DNA from: a virus
IMG/VR virus record: IMGVR_UViG_3300045988_059686
Location: 1 to 43,283 of that record
Reading direction: 5' to 3' (one strand)
DNA: 43,283 nt
Shown here: positions 9,891 through 18,103 of the stretch, piece by piece
How positions within the stretch are numbered: the first letter of the stretch is position 1
Layout: each line of letters opens with the position of its first letter
Notes under the pieces: generated by a model
Told to the model about the DNA's origin: nothing
Database searches by the model: none
Seen by the model: only the letters and a program-made list of their open reading frames with translations
Position numbers and translations under genes: made by a program

Positions 9891-9966
9891 TGGTGCCGCT
9901 TGCAGGGGTCGAACCTGCAACTACCCGGTTATGAGCCGGGAGCACTGCCAGTTGTGCAAAAACGGC
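9891..9966 (-). tRNA. tRNA-Met (anticodon CAU; could equally be an Ile2-type CAU tRNA), CCA encoded
   Basis: Hand-folded cloverleaf: acceptor GCCGTTT/AAGCGGC, D stem GCAC/GTGC, anticodon stem CCCGG/CCGGG with loop CTCATAA, T stem GCAGG/CCTGC with loop TTCGACC. Confidence 0.85.
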
Positions 9967-10005
9967 ATAAAAAAGCGGCTGACGCTGTGCGCCAACCGCT
10001 GGGTA

Positions 10006-10269
10006 TTAAATTGACTTTTGGGATGATACCATGATAATGCGATTCCCTTTTCCATACGCATTATCGCAAAGTGCCTGAAGATGTTCTCTTGCTTTCTGCA
10101 TTTCAACCAAAAGAATCCGTTCTTTTATCTCCTGCTGGTAATATGGAGATAGGTCGACACCATGAAAACTGTTTCTCCCCATTATCTCTTGAACCAACTC
10201 TTGAAATTTTTTGAAATCTTCAACTGTACAACTACATTCAAATCGAGCGGTATAAACGTTGTTATCCAT
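10006..10269 (-). CDS. Hypothetical protein (moron-like, visibly lower GC)
   Basis: 87-aa ORF in an AT-richer patch between the tRNA-Met and the gp10-like gene. Confidence 0.5.
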   Translation of the reverse strand: MDNNVYTARFECSCTVEDFKKFQELVQEIMGRNSFHGVDLSPYYQQEIKERILLVEMQKAREHLQALCDNAYGKGNRIIMVSSQKSI

Positions 10270-10271
10270 AC

Positions 10272-10724
10272 TTATTCCTCCTTGTTTCCTTCCTCTACTG
10301 CAATCTCTTGCAGTTCTTTGATATGATCTTCTACCGCCGGGCGCAGGAAGGGGCGGGGAGCCATGCCTCGAGTTGCGTGAAACTTTCCGTTAAAATCCAC
10401 CCAGACCCACGGTGTTTTTCGTCCGTTGCCCTTCTCGGCAAAGATGCCCGTGCCAAGCTCAACCCAAATTGAATACAATAAGTTGGACCCGATAGTCACG
10501 GTCTTTTTTGTGAGGTCGAGGACAAAGGTCAGGCTCTGCTTGAGTGCACCGCCAACATAGCCCTCTATTCCGGTGCTGTCTGCCGTTCCTGTGGGCACAA
10601 GCAACTGGGCATAGTCCTGCACCTTCATGCCCCAGATAGTAAGCACCCTTTCCACCCACGCTACCAGCGCTTCATGCAGCTGCGGGGTGTTGTCGGTGAC
10701 TTTGATGTTGTAGTTAAATTTCAT
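10272..10724 (-). CDS. HK97 gp10-family protein (tail/neck component)
   Basis: The C-terminal part GTGIFAEKGNGRKTPW...GMAPRPFLRPAVEDH matches the gp10-family signature as I recall it. Confidence 0.6.
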   Translation of the reverse strand: MKFNYNIKVTDNTPQLHEALVAWVERVLTIWGMKVQDYAQLLVPTGTADSTGIEGYVGGALKQSLTFVLDLTKKTVTIGSNLLYSIWVELGTGIFAEKGNGRKTPWVWVDFNGKFHATRGMAPRPFLRPAVEDHIKELQEIAVEEGNKEE

Positions 10725-10727
10725 GGT

Positions 10728-11246
10728 TTACCGAACTCTCCACGTCTTGGAATTTTTTCTTGCGCGGTAGTAGGTCTTTCCATCAAATGTCACTTCAAGT
10801 GCACCCCTGTCCATTGCAGAACCCAAAACGGAAGAAAGCGACTTTGTTTCAGCTGCCTTTTTGTTTGCGGTTGACTTTTTCTGCACATCTTTCATAAAGG
10901 AATTGACGTTTTGCCGTTTCTGTGCCGTGTTATCAGCTGCCTTTTTCACTTGATTCTGGTTAAACCTTGCAGGGCCGGAAACATATGGATTTGCAATCTT
11001 CGTCTGAGATTTTAGCTGTTCCGTTGTCAGTTCATGCAATTTATCCAGTGCCGCCGCTTTTTTCTGCTGAGTAAGATTCGACTGCTGGATTTTCTGCACG
11101 TTCGCTTCATACTCGCGCTTTGTTGCGTCGCCAGCATCAAACAACGAAAAATCATTTGCTCTTCTTACAAGCGTACTATCCAAACTTTTTGCTCCATTTG
11201 TCCCACCGCTCGCTCTCGCGGAACTGCCCGAACCTCTTTTACTCAC
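10728..11246 (-). CDS. Hypothetical basic Lys/Gln/Ser-rich protein
   Basis: Start trimmed to GTG 11246 (RBS GAGAGGAG, GTGAGTAA overlap with the upstream stop). Confidence 0.55.
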   Translation of the reverse strand: MSKRGSGSSARASGGTNGAKSLDSTLVRRANDFSLFDAGDATKREYEANVQKIQQSNLTQQKKAAALDKLHELTTEQLKSQTKIANPYVSGPARFNQNQVKKAADNTAQKRQNVNSFMKDVQKKSTANKKAAETKSLSSVLGSAMDRGALEVTFDGKTYYRARKNSKTWRVR

Positions 11247-11862
11247 GGTAATGTCTCCTCTCGTATTGAAATGGCTTAATTTTTGTGACATTCCAGTCAA
11301 ATTCATCAGGACATTTGCCGTACCACAAAATACCGCTTGGTTGCAGCACTTCCAGAGCCTTACGGCAGTGCTTGGCAAAGCACTCTGCTTCGTATGGGTC
11401 AGATTGTGTGCCGTGGCTCGAAATGCTCACGATGGCATTTGTCGGCTCGCCGTCAAAGCACCAGTCATAGCTTTGCTCACCGCACCAGCAGAGTGTTGGG
11501 ATAACGTGAATGCCGTGCGCCTGCCAGTATGCGGCAAGCCAGTGCTTTTTGTAGTGCATGAAAAGCTGCACCGCAAGCGGCATATCACTGTACAAAGAAA
11601 AATCCGGCGAGCACACTGCGCCGAACTGCTGCAAAAGGGGAATGTATTTGTCTGGGTTGTTCCAGAACCGTTCAAACTGGTAATCGTCCTTGTAGAAATG
11701 CACGCCTTTTGTGGCCTTGTCTTTGGCGGTCAGCGCATAATTGACCGGAATCCATTCCGGCTTGTCAATGCGGATGTCCGTTTCTGGCTTGATTTCAGGG
11801 ATGCCATACTTGCCCACGCCCGGAAAAATCATCTTTTCGGTGTTTTCCATCGGCAGAATCAC
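11239..11862 (-). CDS. DUF4417-like protein
   Basis: The motifs HFYKDDYQFERFWNNP, SPDFSLYSDMP and HGIHVIPTLCW resemble the DUF4417 family (from memory). Confidence 0.55.
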   Translation of the reverse strand: MILPMENTEKMIFPGVGKYGIPEIKPETDIRIDKPEWIPVNYALTAKDKATKGVHFYKDDYQFERFWNNPDKYIPLLQQFGAVCSPDFSLYSDMPLAVQLFMHYKKHWLAAYWQAHGIHVIPTLCWCGEQSYDWCFDGEPTNAIVSISSHGTQSDPYEAECFAKHCRKALEVLQPSGILWYGKCPDEFDWNVTKIKPFQYERRHYRE

Positions 11863-11865
11863 GGT

Positions 11866-12885
11866 TCATCCCTTCTTTCTCTTGCGCTCCTCCTCAAACC
11901 ACATCTGTTCAGCTTCCGTTCCGCCCTTTGCCTTGTACCACTCGGTATAGGTCAGGTCAGATGTGACCTCTTTTGTCGTGTTGTCCCGCCGCTGGGCGTT
12001 CTGCCGGGGATACTTGACCAGCGCCCCGGTCACTTTGCAACGGCAGTGATAAACCATTTCCGGCGCTGCGTTGGGGTCGCCGGGGTACTGTATCTCGTAG
12101 CCATGCACCTTAAAAGGCTCATCTAGGTCGGCGGTTTCCTGATCCAGCAGTCGGTGCATCTCGCGGGTACGGTAGTCCAAAGTGCTGTTCCAGCGCTTCT
12201 GCACCTCAATGCCAAGGGCTTGAGCGTTGCGCAGCTGCTGCATTGTCCCAGCGTTCTGTGCGCCTGTAAGGGCTGTGATGGCGTTGTTCATCGCCCAGTG
12301 CACCTCGGTGTCTGCCATGCCCTGCACAGCCTGCACCGCAATGTCATGGACGCTCTTGCCCTGTATGATGCCCTTTGTAACGTACCGGTTGAACACACGC
12401 GCGTCATAGGTGCGGTTGCTCTCGCTCTTGATTCGCTTGTTGGGCACCAGCTTGGGGTTTTCCAGCAGCAGCCGCTTGACCGCTTCGGTGTTGTACAAGG
12501 TCAGACCGAACGCCACGCCTGCGGCCTGTTCCAGTTCGTAGAACGCCCAGTTTGCGCCAAGGGCAAAGATATCGTACTGCTCATCTCGCGCCAGCTTGTA
12601 CGCCGTCTGCTGGGCTGTGGTGCACGTCTGGGTGATGTTGTCCAGCTTCTGGTGCATCAGTTCGGACTGAAACACCTGATTGCGCAGCCATGTGCGATAG
12701 TCGCTCTCGGTGATCTTCCCAGCTTCCAACTGCTGCCGCTTGTAGGCGTCCAGCTTCTGGTAGTGCTCCAGAAACTCGGTCAGCTGCTCGGTCATTTCCC
12801 GCCGGGCGGTGCCATACACCCGCAAAATGCGGCGGCGCAGCCTGTTCAGCTGCCGGGTAGAGATGCGGTCAAGTTCGCTTGTCAT
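11866..12885 (-). CDS. Head morphogenesis protein (SPP1 gp7 / Mu F-like minor head protein)
   Basis: It lies directly after the portal gene. The C-terminal region DYRTREMHRLLDQE...YPGDPNAAPEMVYHCRCKV is typical of gp7/MuF. Confidence 0.8.
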   Translation of the reverse strand: MTSELDRISTRQLNRLRRRILRVYGTARREMTEQLTEFLEHYQKLDAYKRQQLEAGKITESDYRTWLRNQVFQSELMHQKLDNITQTCTTAQQTAYKLARDEQYDIFALGANWAFYELEQAAGVAFGLTLYNTEAVKRLLLENPKLVPNKRIKSESNRTYDARVFNRYVTKGIIQGKSVHDIAVQAVQGMADTEVHWAMNNAITALTGAQNAGTMQQLRNAQALGIEVQKRWNSTLDYRTREMHRLLDQETADLDEPFKVHGYEIQYPGDPNAAPEMVYHCRCKVTGALVKYPRQNAQRRDNTTKEVTSDLTYTEWYKAKGGTEAEQMWFEEERKRKKG

Positions 12886-14267
12886 TCTTCACCACCGCCG
12901 GTGTCCTCGTTTTCATCCGTTTCTTCCCGCTCCATGCTCTCTGCCATCAGCGCAGCTTTGGCCTGCTCCTTCTGCTCCGGGGTCAGGTTTGGCAGCAGGT
13001 CAATGGCCATGTCCTGCCCGATGATCGGCGCCTCAGAAATCACCATTTCGACCTGCTCAGCTGTGTTGGTGATCTTGCTGCGGTTGAATGTCGGCATAGC
13101 GTTGTCAAATCCAGCCAGTGCGCAAATCTGCCGGATGAACGGCTTGATCTGCGCCTCGAAGTCGTCCGCGTTCTGGTTCAGCGGCTCATAGGCTGCATCC
13201 AGATGGTCGTTGGTGCTGTCCGCGCTGACACAGTGCACATCCAGACCGCCAAAGTCCTCATATACCCGGGTGTGGAGCAGCTCCAACAGAGCTTGCCGGG
13301 CCGTCACGGGAATCTCGGTGGTGTAGGGGGTGATCTTGCCGCCCTGGCTGGTGTCTGCACCCGCAATGTGGTACAGATTCAGCTTGGTGAGGTACTCCAC
13401 GAGTTCATTATCGGTCATTCCGTTGAAGTTCTCGCACAGCCAGTAAATCTGCGCGCAGTCCTGCAGGTCATTGCAGAAGCCAGACATCACCAGATCGGTG
13501 TTGTCAATGTAGGCTTTCAGCCCCACAAGGGTGCTCTGGTGCAGGTCTGAGCCCCACAGCGGCACAATGGGAAGAGCGCTGTAGTTTTCGTCCTCTACGC
13601 TTTCCAGCCCGCCGCCGGGTGTGGTGGTGATCACGCTCTTGTATGCCTGCTTCGGCGTTGTCTCCTGCATCACATTGCCGATTCGGCTTTCCGTGTACTC
13701 GGTAAAGCCGTCCAGCTCGTACAGGATATAGTGCATATCCGTGTCCGGGTTCAGCCGCCAGAAGCGCACGCCTGCCTGCAAAAGGCCTGTCTTTTCATCG
13801 TACAGTGGCGCAAACTCGGTCAGCTTGAAAACCACCAGATGGTCGTTGTTCCAGAATCCGAAGCTCTCGCCGTGGATTAGGGCGAAATATCCGGCTTTCT
13901 GGATCTGCTCATCGAAGCTCTGCCCCAACCTTTCCTTGTCCACGCCATCGTCCGCAAAGACTACGCCGTTGCCGAGGGAGTAGGTCGCCCGCTGCTTGTT
14001 GAGCCGCCGGAAAAGATTGCTCTTGACCATATCGGGGTGTGGGGTGTCCGGCTTGGTGTTTTTGGACAGACGTTTCAGCATCAAAGCGTAAGTCTGTGCG
14101 AAGCGTTCAGCTCCCGTGTTTTTCTGGGCATCGTACAGGTCGGCGTCCAGAGCCATCTTGTAAGGCCCGGAAGCGCAGTGCTGCTGCACGAACTGCCGGA
14201 TGAAATCAGGCTGTTCCCCGGCGGCTTGCGCCTGCTGAAAGGTCTGGAATGTATATACAGTGCTCAA
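12882..14267 (-). CDS. Portal protein
   Basis: About 460 aa, directly after the large terminase gene. The likely start is TTG 14267 (RBS GAGGGA); the track ORF reaching 14375 overlaps terL. Confidence 0.85.
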   Translation of the reverse strand: MSTVYTFQTFQQAQAAGEQPDFIRQFVQQHCASGPYKMALDADLYDAQKNTGAERFAQTYALMLKRLSKNTKPDTPHPDMVKSNLFRRLNKQRATYSLGNGVVFADDGVDKERLGQSFDEQIQKAGYFALIHGESFGFWNNDHLVVFKLTEFAPLYDEKTGLLQAGVRFWRLNPDTDMHYILYELDGFTEYTESRIGNVMQETTPKQAYKSVITTTPGGGLESVEDENYSALPIVPLWGSDLHQSTLVGLKAYIDNTDLVMSGFCNDLQDCAQIYWLCENFNGMTDNELVEYLTKLNLYHIAGADTSQGGKITPYTTEIPVTARQALLELLHTRVYEDFGGLDVHCVSADSTNDHLDAAYEPLNQNADDFEAQIKPFIRQICALAGFDNAMPTFNRSKITNTAEQVEMVISEAPIIGQDMAIDLLPNLTPEQKEQAKAALMAESMEREETDENEDTGGGEE

Positions 14268-14269
14268 AA

Positions 14270-15517
14270 TCAATCCCTCAGTTTTACAAGGCGCTTTGTG
14301 CGCACGAAATAGCGGATAGCGTCCATGCAGTGGTCGTTGACCTTCAGCACGGTGTCGTCTTTGTCTGGATCCCAAGCGTACACGCCGAACTCTTCAAGCG
14401 TGTGCTTGCAGTCTTTGTAGATCTTCAGCCGCCCGGTCTGCAGCATTGTCTGCACGTCCAGAATGCCGCTCAGGACGTCGTTATTTGCGGGGGTCTGGGT
14501 AAAGCCGTTCTTGCGTAGCTCTGTAATCAGGGGCAGGGCAGAGGGGTCAACGATGACCCTTTCCGGCTTGATCCCATTCAGCCACGCCTTGAGGTCTGTG
14601 ACGTACTCGCCCACGGTCTTTTGCCGCTTCTGCTCTCGCCCGCTGTAGTAATACTCCCGGGTGACGATCCAGCAGTCTGCATCTGCCTGTTTTTGGAGCA
14701 GCAGGAACACCGTTGCGTTCTGGGTGCCAAAGTCGCACGCCACATAGGCGCTCTTTGGCGAAAGCTCCGGAAGCACGTCAATGACGTGTTTCTTGCGGTC
14801 GAACACGTCATATACAAGGCCCTCGGCCACCGTCCACAAGCCCAGAATGTAGCGCTGATAGAAAACGCCGCTGTACTGGCTGCGGTATCTGGCCTTGATG
14901 TCCTCGGAAAGTGACAGGTTGTCGTCCATCGTAAAATGGAGATACATCATCTTGCGGGAACGGCATTTCCGCACCAACTCGAGATAAAACCAATGCTGTG
15001 GACTGCCCGGGTTGCAGTTGAACCAGAACTTTGACCCGGTGACAGAGCAACGGGCTGTGGCCTGATTGACGAAACTTTGCGGCATCAGGGCCACCTCGTC
15101 AAAGAATGCCCCGGCCAGTGTGATGCCCTGGATCAGGTCTTGGCTGCTCTCGTCTTTGCCGCCGAAAAAGTAAAACTCGTTGGTTCTGCCGCCCTTGCTG
15201 ACGGTCATGCAGTTTTCTGCCCGATGCTCCTTGACGTTGTAGCCACGGGCTGCAAGCTGCTGCTTGAGTGTGCCCAGCACGTTGCGCCGGAAGCTGGCGA
15301 TGGTCTTTCCGCACATGGCAAACTGCTGGCCGCTGTAACAGGTCATAGCCCACTGGACAAAAGAAAAGCTCATGGCAAAGGTCTTGCCAGAGCGGATAGC
15401 GCCATCGGCAATAATGCCGTTGTAACCGCTGTAGGCGCTCTGCGGTGCCCACCAGCTCAAGACCTGCTTTTGCCGCTGGCTGAGGGCTTTCCAGCGAAAA
15501 CCGTTACTTTTCCGCAT
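14270..15517 (-). CDS. terL: Terminase large subunit
   Basis: Walker A motif ADGAIRSGKT, 415 aa after trimming to ATG 15517, with a nuclease-type C-terminal half. Confidence 0.9.
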   Translation of the reverse strand: MRKSNGFRWKALSQRQKQVLSWWAPQSAYSGYNGIIADGAIRSGKTFAMSFSFVQWAMTCYSGQQFAMCGKTIASFRRNVLGTLKQQLAARGYNVKEHRAENCMTVSKGGRTNEFYFFGGKDESSQDLIQGITLAGAFFDEVALMPQSFVNQATARCSVTGSKFWFNCNPGSPQHWFYLELVRKCRSRKMMYLHFTMDDNLSLSEDIKARYRSQYSGVFYQRYILGLWTVAEGLVYDVFDRKKHVIDVLPELSPKSAYVACDFGTQNATVFLLLQKQADADCWIVTREYYYSGREQKRQKTVGEYVTDLKAWLNGIKPERVIVDPSALPLITELRKNGFTQTPANNDVLSGILDVQTMLQTGRLKIYKDCKHTLEEFGVYAWDPDKDDTVLKVNDHCMDAIRYFVRTKRLVKLRD

Positions 15518-16043
15518 TGTCGTCCTCTTCCTCCGGCAGCATCTCCACGTCATCCGGCGGGCTGAGGTCTGCGGCAGCATTCAATGCCTTTATCAAACCA
15601 TCATCGTGACGCTCTTCCTGCTCCGCTTCTTTCGGCTTATCGCTCCACCCGAAATTGACCTGCAAGCTGAATCTTGCCCCGCCGTTCCCATCGCGATCAT
15701 AGAGCCGTTCTTCGGCGTATCTCTCGCACCGTAGTTTCGCGCGCGTTATCGTGTCAGAAAACTCAGCCTTTCCTTGATAGTCAATCAAAGATTGCCGAGA
15801 CTTAAATCCCAACGCCAAAGCTAGACCGGTGACCGTTTCTGGACGTTCGTCAATTTTTATCACGTTTCCGTATTTGTCCAAAACAGGCTTTCCGGTTTCG
15901 TCTTCTAGAACGCTCCCTTCGCAGCTTTTGAAGAACTCTTCGATTTTTTTCTCAAGTTCTTCTTTGCTCTTAAAGACGGGCGGTCTGCCTATCCTTTTGC
16001 TTTTGCTGTAGGCCACCGCCACCACCTCTCTAAACTCATGCAA
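15504..16043 (-). CDS. terS: Terminase small subunit
   Basis: 179 aa immediately upstream of and overlapping terL. It has an N-terminal HTH-like segment GRPPVFKSKEELEKKIEEFF and an acidic tail. Confidence 0.7.
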   Translation of the reverse strand: MHEFREVVAVAYSKSKRIGRPPVFKSKEELEKKIEEFFKSCEGSVLEDETGKPVLDKYGNVIKIDERPETVTGLALALGFKSRQSLIDYQGKAEFSDTITRAKLRCERYAEERLYDRDGNGGARFSLQVNFGWSDKPKEAEQEERHDDGLIKALNAAADLSPPDDVEMLPEEEDDNAEK

Positions 16044-16205
16044 AATAAAAACCGCCCGGAAATCCGAACGGTCAAAATATCAAAATAAGCAGCGCTCCGT
16101 ACATTCAGTTTTTCGGACAACGTAAACGATGGAGCGCCGCTGCATCCGGAACTTTCGCGGCCAGATGCCCCGCTATCTGCGCAGCCCCCTCACAGGGTGC
16201 GCAGC

Positions 16206-16281
16206 TGGCATTCCCGGCAGGACTCAAACCTGCAGCCTCTGGTTTTGGAGACCAGCGCTCTACCAATTGAGCTACGGGAAT
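16206..16281 (-). tRNA. tRNA-Trp (anticodon CCA), CCA encoded
   Basis: Perfect hand-folded cloverleaf: acceptor ATTCCCG/CGGGAAT, D stem GCTC/GAGC, anticodon stem CTGGT/ACCAG with loop CTCCAAA, T stem GCAGG/CCTGC. Confidence 0.9.
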
Positions 16282-16287
16282 ATAAAA

Positions 16288-16356
16288 AGCCGCCCTTGGA
16301 ATCGAACCAGCCGTGTCTACACACACGCGCCGCGCTCCAAACTGCGCTCAGGCGGC
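16288..16356 (-). tRNA. Degenerate tRNA-like element (probable pseudo-tRNA)
   Basis: The acceptor (GCCGCCT/GGGCGGC), D arm (GCGC/GCGC) and TTCGATT T-loop are present. The T stem has only 3 good pairs, and the anticodon arm folds only with a 6- or 8-nt loop. Confidence 0.4.
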
Positions 16357-16360
16357 ATAT

Positions 16361-16395
16361 AACAAAAGAAAAACCAGCACGTTTCCATGCTGGTT
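16361..16395 (-). terminator. Rho-independent terminator (minus strand)
   Basis: 8-bp stem aaccagca/tgctggtt followed on the minus strand by TTTTTCTTTTGTT. Confidence 0.8.
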
Positions 16396-16570
16396 CTGTT
16401 GACGCACATCCTGCCGGGGGAATTATGGAAACCGGTGTACGGATTATGTGGCCTCCGGTGCGTGCGGAGGTTGTGAGGACAGGTAAGGATACCCTGCCAC
16501 TCTACACGCAGCCACAAGCGGGATGTCAGCCCATGCGTCAGGTGGTCGCTGCTTCGGGAGAGCAGCGTCA
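16396..16570 (-). ncRNA. Candidate structured non-coding RNA of about 175 nt between tRNA-like genes, capped by the 16361..16395 terminator
   Basis: No credible ORF. Several strong hairpins on the minus strand: cgctgct/agcagcg, cctccg/cggagg, ggcagg/cctgtc. Confidence 0.4.
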
Positions 16571-16647
16571 TGGTGCTCCGGGATGGATTTGAACCAACTA
16601 CTTGCTGCTTCAATAGGCTGCTGCTCTACCAGTTGAGCTACCGGAAC
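16571..16647 (-). tRNA. tRNA-like element lacking a foldable anticodon stem, CCA encoded
   Basis: Acceptor GTTCCGG/CCGGAGC, D arm GCTC-AACTGGTA-GAGC and T loop TTCAAAT are present. The anticodon region gcagcctattgaagcagc is a direct, not inverted, repeat. Confidence 0.4.
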
Positions 16648-16837
16648 ATAGAAGCAGCCCGCGAAACGAGAGGAAGAAAAATGCCGGTCAAGCCTTGGGA
16701 GGAAGCATTTTTGGGGGATTCGTTTCGGAGACTGCGTGGCAAGCGTCTTATCGCTTTCGGCGATTCCGCTTATACCAATTTTAGCACAATGCCTGTTTTA
16801 GTTGGATATTTGCAGTATGAAGGTGCATTGCAAAAAA

Positions 16838-17359
16838 TCAGGGCGGGTTTTGTGCGGTTTGTGCAACATTGCCGAAGCTGTCCCATATCTCTGCCAGATA
16901 GATGCTGCCCCACTTGATGTAGATGGAGACCTGGTTCTCTTCCGATAGCCCCAATTCCTCGCAGACCTCGCGCTGCTTTTTGTTCTTGACGTAGTACAGG
17001 CACAGGCAGTCAGCCTGTTTTTTGCTGGATTTGCTTGCCGTGATACAGTACGCCCGCCGGGTGGCTTCAATGCGCAGCAGGCACAGATCTGTTTCCATCT
17101 GCTGCAGACGGCGCTGCTCGTCCGTGATATCTGTTGCGGCAAGCCCGACCTTGTCACAGGCACCACCGCCGCCGGGCATCCCGTTCAGGCTTGGGGTGGT
17201 CTTTTCGGCAACTTCCCGGATGCGCTGGATCTTCTGTTTTTGGGCTTCAACCGCCGCAGCCATATCCCGGCACTGCTGGAACCACGCCTTGACCGTGTGG
17301 TAGTCCACACCGGCGCGCGGCTTTGGCTGTTCGCTTTCAGGTGTCCATGTGCGGGTCAT
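16838..17359 (-). CDS. Late-gene transcriptional regulator (sigma-70 region-4-like HTH; ArpU/RinA/DUF1492-like)
   Basis: 173 aa, the last protein gene before the tRNA island and terS. The C-terminal HTH is CLYYVKNKKQREVCEELGLSEENQVSIYIKWG. Confidence 0.6.
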   Translation of the reverse strand: MTRTWTPESEQPKPRAGVDYHTVKAWFQQCRDMAAAVEAQKQKIQRIREVAEKTTPSLNGMPGGGGACDKVGLAATDITDEQRRLQQMETDLCLLRIEATRRAYCITASKSSKKQADCLCLYYVKNKKQREVCEELGLSEENQVSIYIKWGSIYLAEIWDSFGNVAQTAQNPP

Positions 17360-17729
17360 TTTCGTGCCTCCTGTAGTAGTTCATATCGACGGTCTGCCCG
17401 CAACAACGGCAGTACGGAACAGGTTTGTTGTCATTGACGTACTGGTTAAGCGCGTTGCATTCCGGGCAGTTCCACGACCCGGAAGGAGCATTGTCTGAGT
17501 ATGGCCATAGAACGCGGCTTTTCAAAAACATCGTTTCAATGTCTTTTCTGTTTTGCGAATAGTACAAAACATCTGTTGGCTCAACTTTACATCTAACGCA
17601 TATTTTCCTGAATTTTTCGTCCCATAGCTCGATACACAGTTCGGTCATAATTCCAAGAAGAAAAATCATAATTCCGAACACTCCAACATAGCAGAGCGTT
17701 GCGCCGATAACAAGAAAAACTTGGTTCAT
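17337..17729 (-). CDS. Membrane-anchored zinc-ribbon protein (hypothetical, lower GC)
   Basis: Start trimmed to ATG 17729. It has an N-terminal TM helix VFLVIGATLCYVGVFGIMIFLLGI, then CxxC...CPEC...CRCC. Confidence 0.55.
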   Translation of the reverse strand: MNQVFLVIGATLCYVGVFGIMIFLLGIMTELCIELWDEKFRKICVRCKVEPTDVLYYSQNRKDIETMFLKSRVLWPYSDNAPSGSWNCPECNALNQYVNDNKPVPYCRCCGQTVDMNYYRRHENDPHMDT

Positions 17730-17730
17730 G

Positions 17731-18103
17731 TTATTTCTCCATTTCCTCAATCCAGATCTCCACTCTGGGGTTTTGCTTGTCGTAATCCACCCGGCTGCCA
17801 TCGTGGGCGGCAACGATGCGGCTGTTGTCGTCTGCCAGTACGCCTGCCTTTACCAGGATGTCGCAGGTTGCTTCTATCAGGTTGGCAAGGTCTACCTTGC
17901 GCCGGGTAGCCATGTAGTACACGCACCGCACGTTCACGCGGGCAGAAATAGGCTCAGGCGGGGCGCGTATCTGCCACAGGCAAGCCGGTCTGGTAATCCT
18001 CAAACGCCGCGCTAGGGGCTACAAAGCGCCGTCCTCCGCGTCCTTGCAGAATGCGTGCACTGTTTTTCTTTGTGCGTGGATCACCGTAAAGGGTCAGGTG
18101 CAT
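17731..18103 (-). CDS. rusA: RusA-family Holliday junction resolvase, interrupted by an apparent +1 frameshift (N-terminal part 17954..18103, C-terminal part 17731..18003)
   Basis: The N-terminal frame MHLTLYGDPRTKKNSAR... and the C-terminal frame ...RRKVDLANLIEATCDILVKAGVLADDNSRIV...PRVEIWIEEM together align to RusA. The frames switch near 17975..17995. Confidence 0.7.

Noticed and set aside
8322-10034. Very long plus-strand ORFs (8322..10034 at 570 aa, 24449..26239 at 596 aa, 39817..41583 at 588 aa, and many of 100-350 aa)
   Set aside because: These are antisense shadow ORFs of well-supported minus-strand genes in GC-rich DNA. Their translations are low-complexity Gly/Ala/Val/Leu/Arg-rich, lack RBSs, and cross tRNA genes.
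16100-16205. A possible fourth tRNA (tggagcgccgc... resembles a CCA end followed by an acceptor strand)
   Set aside because: I could not fold a T arm or find a complementary 5' acceptor strand by hand.
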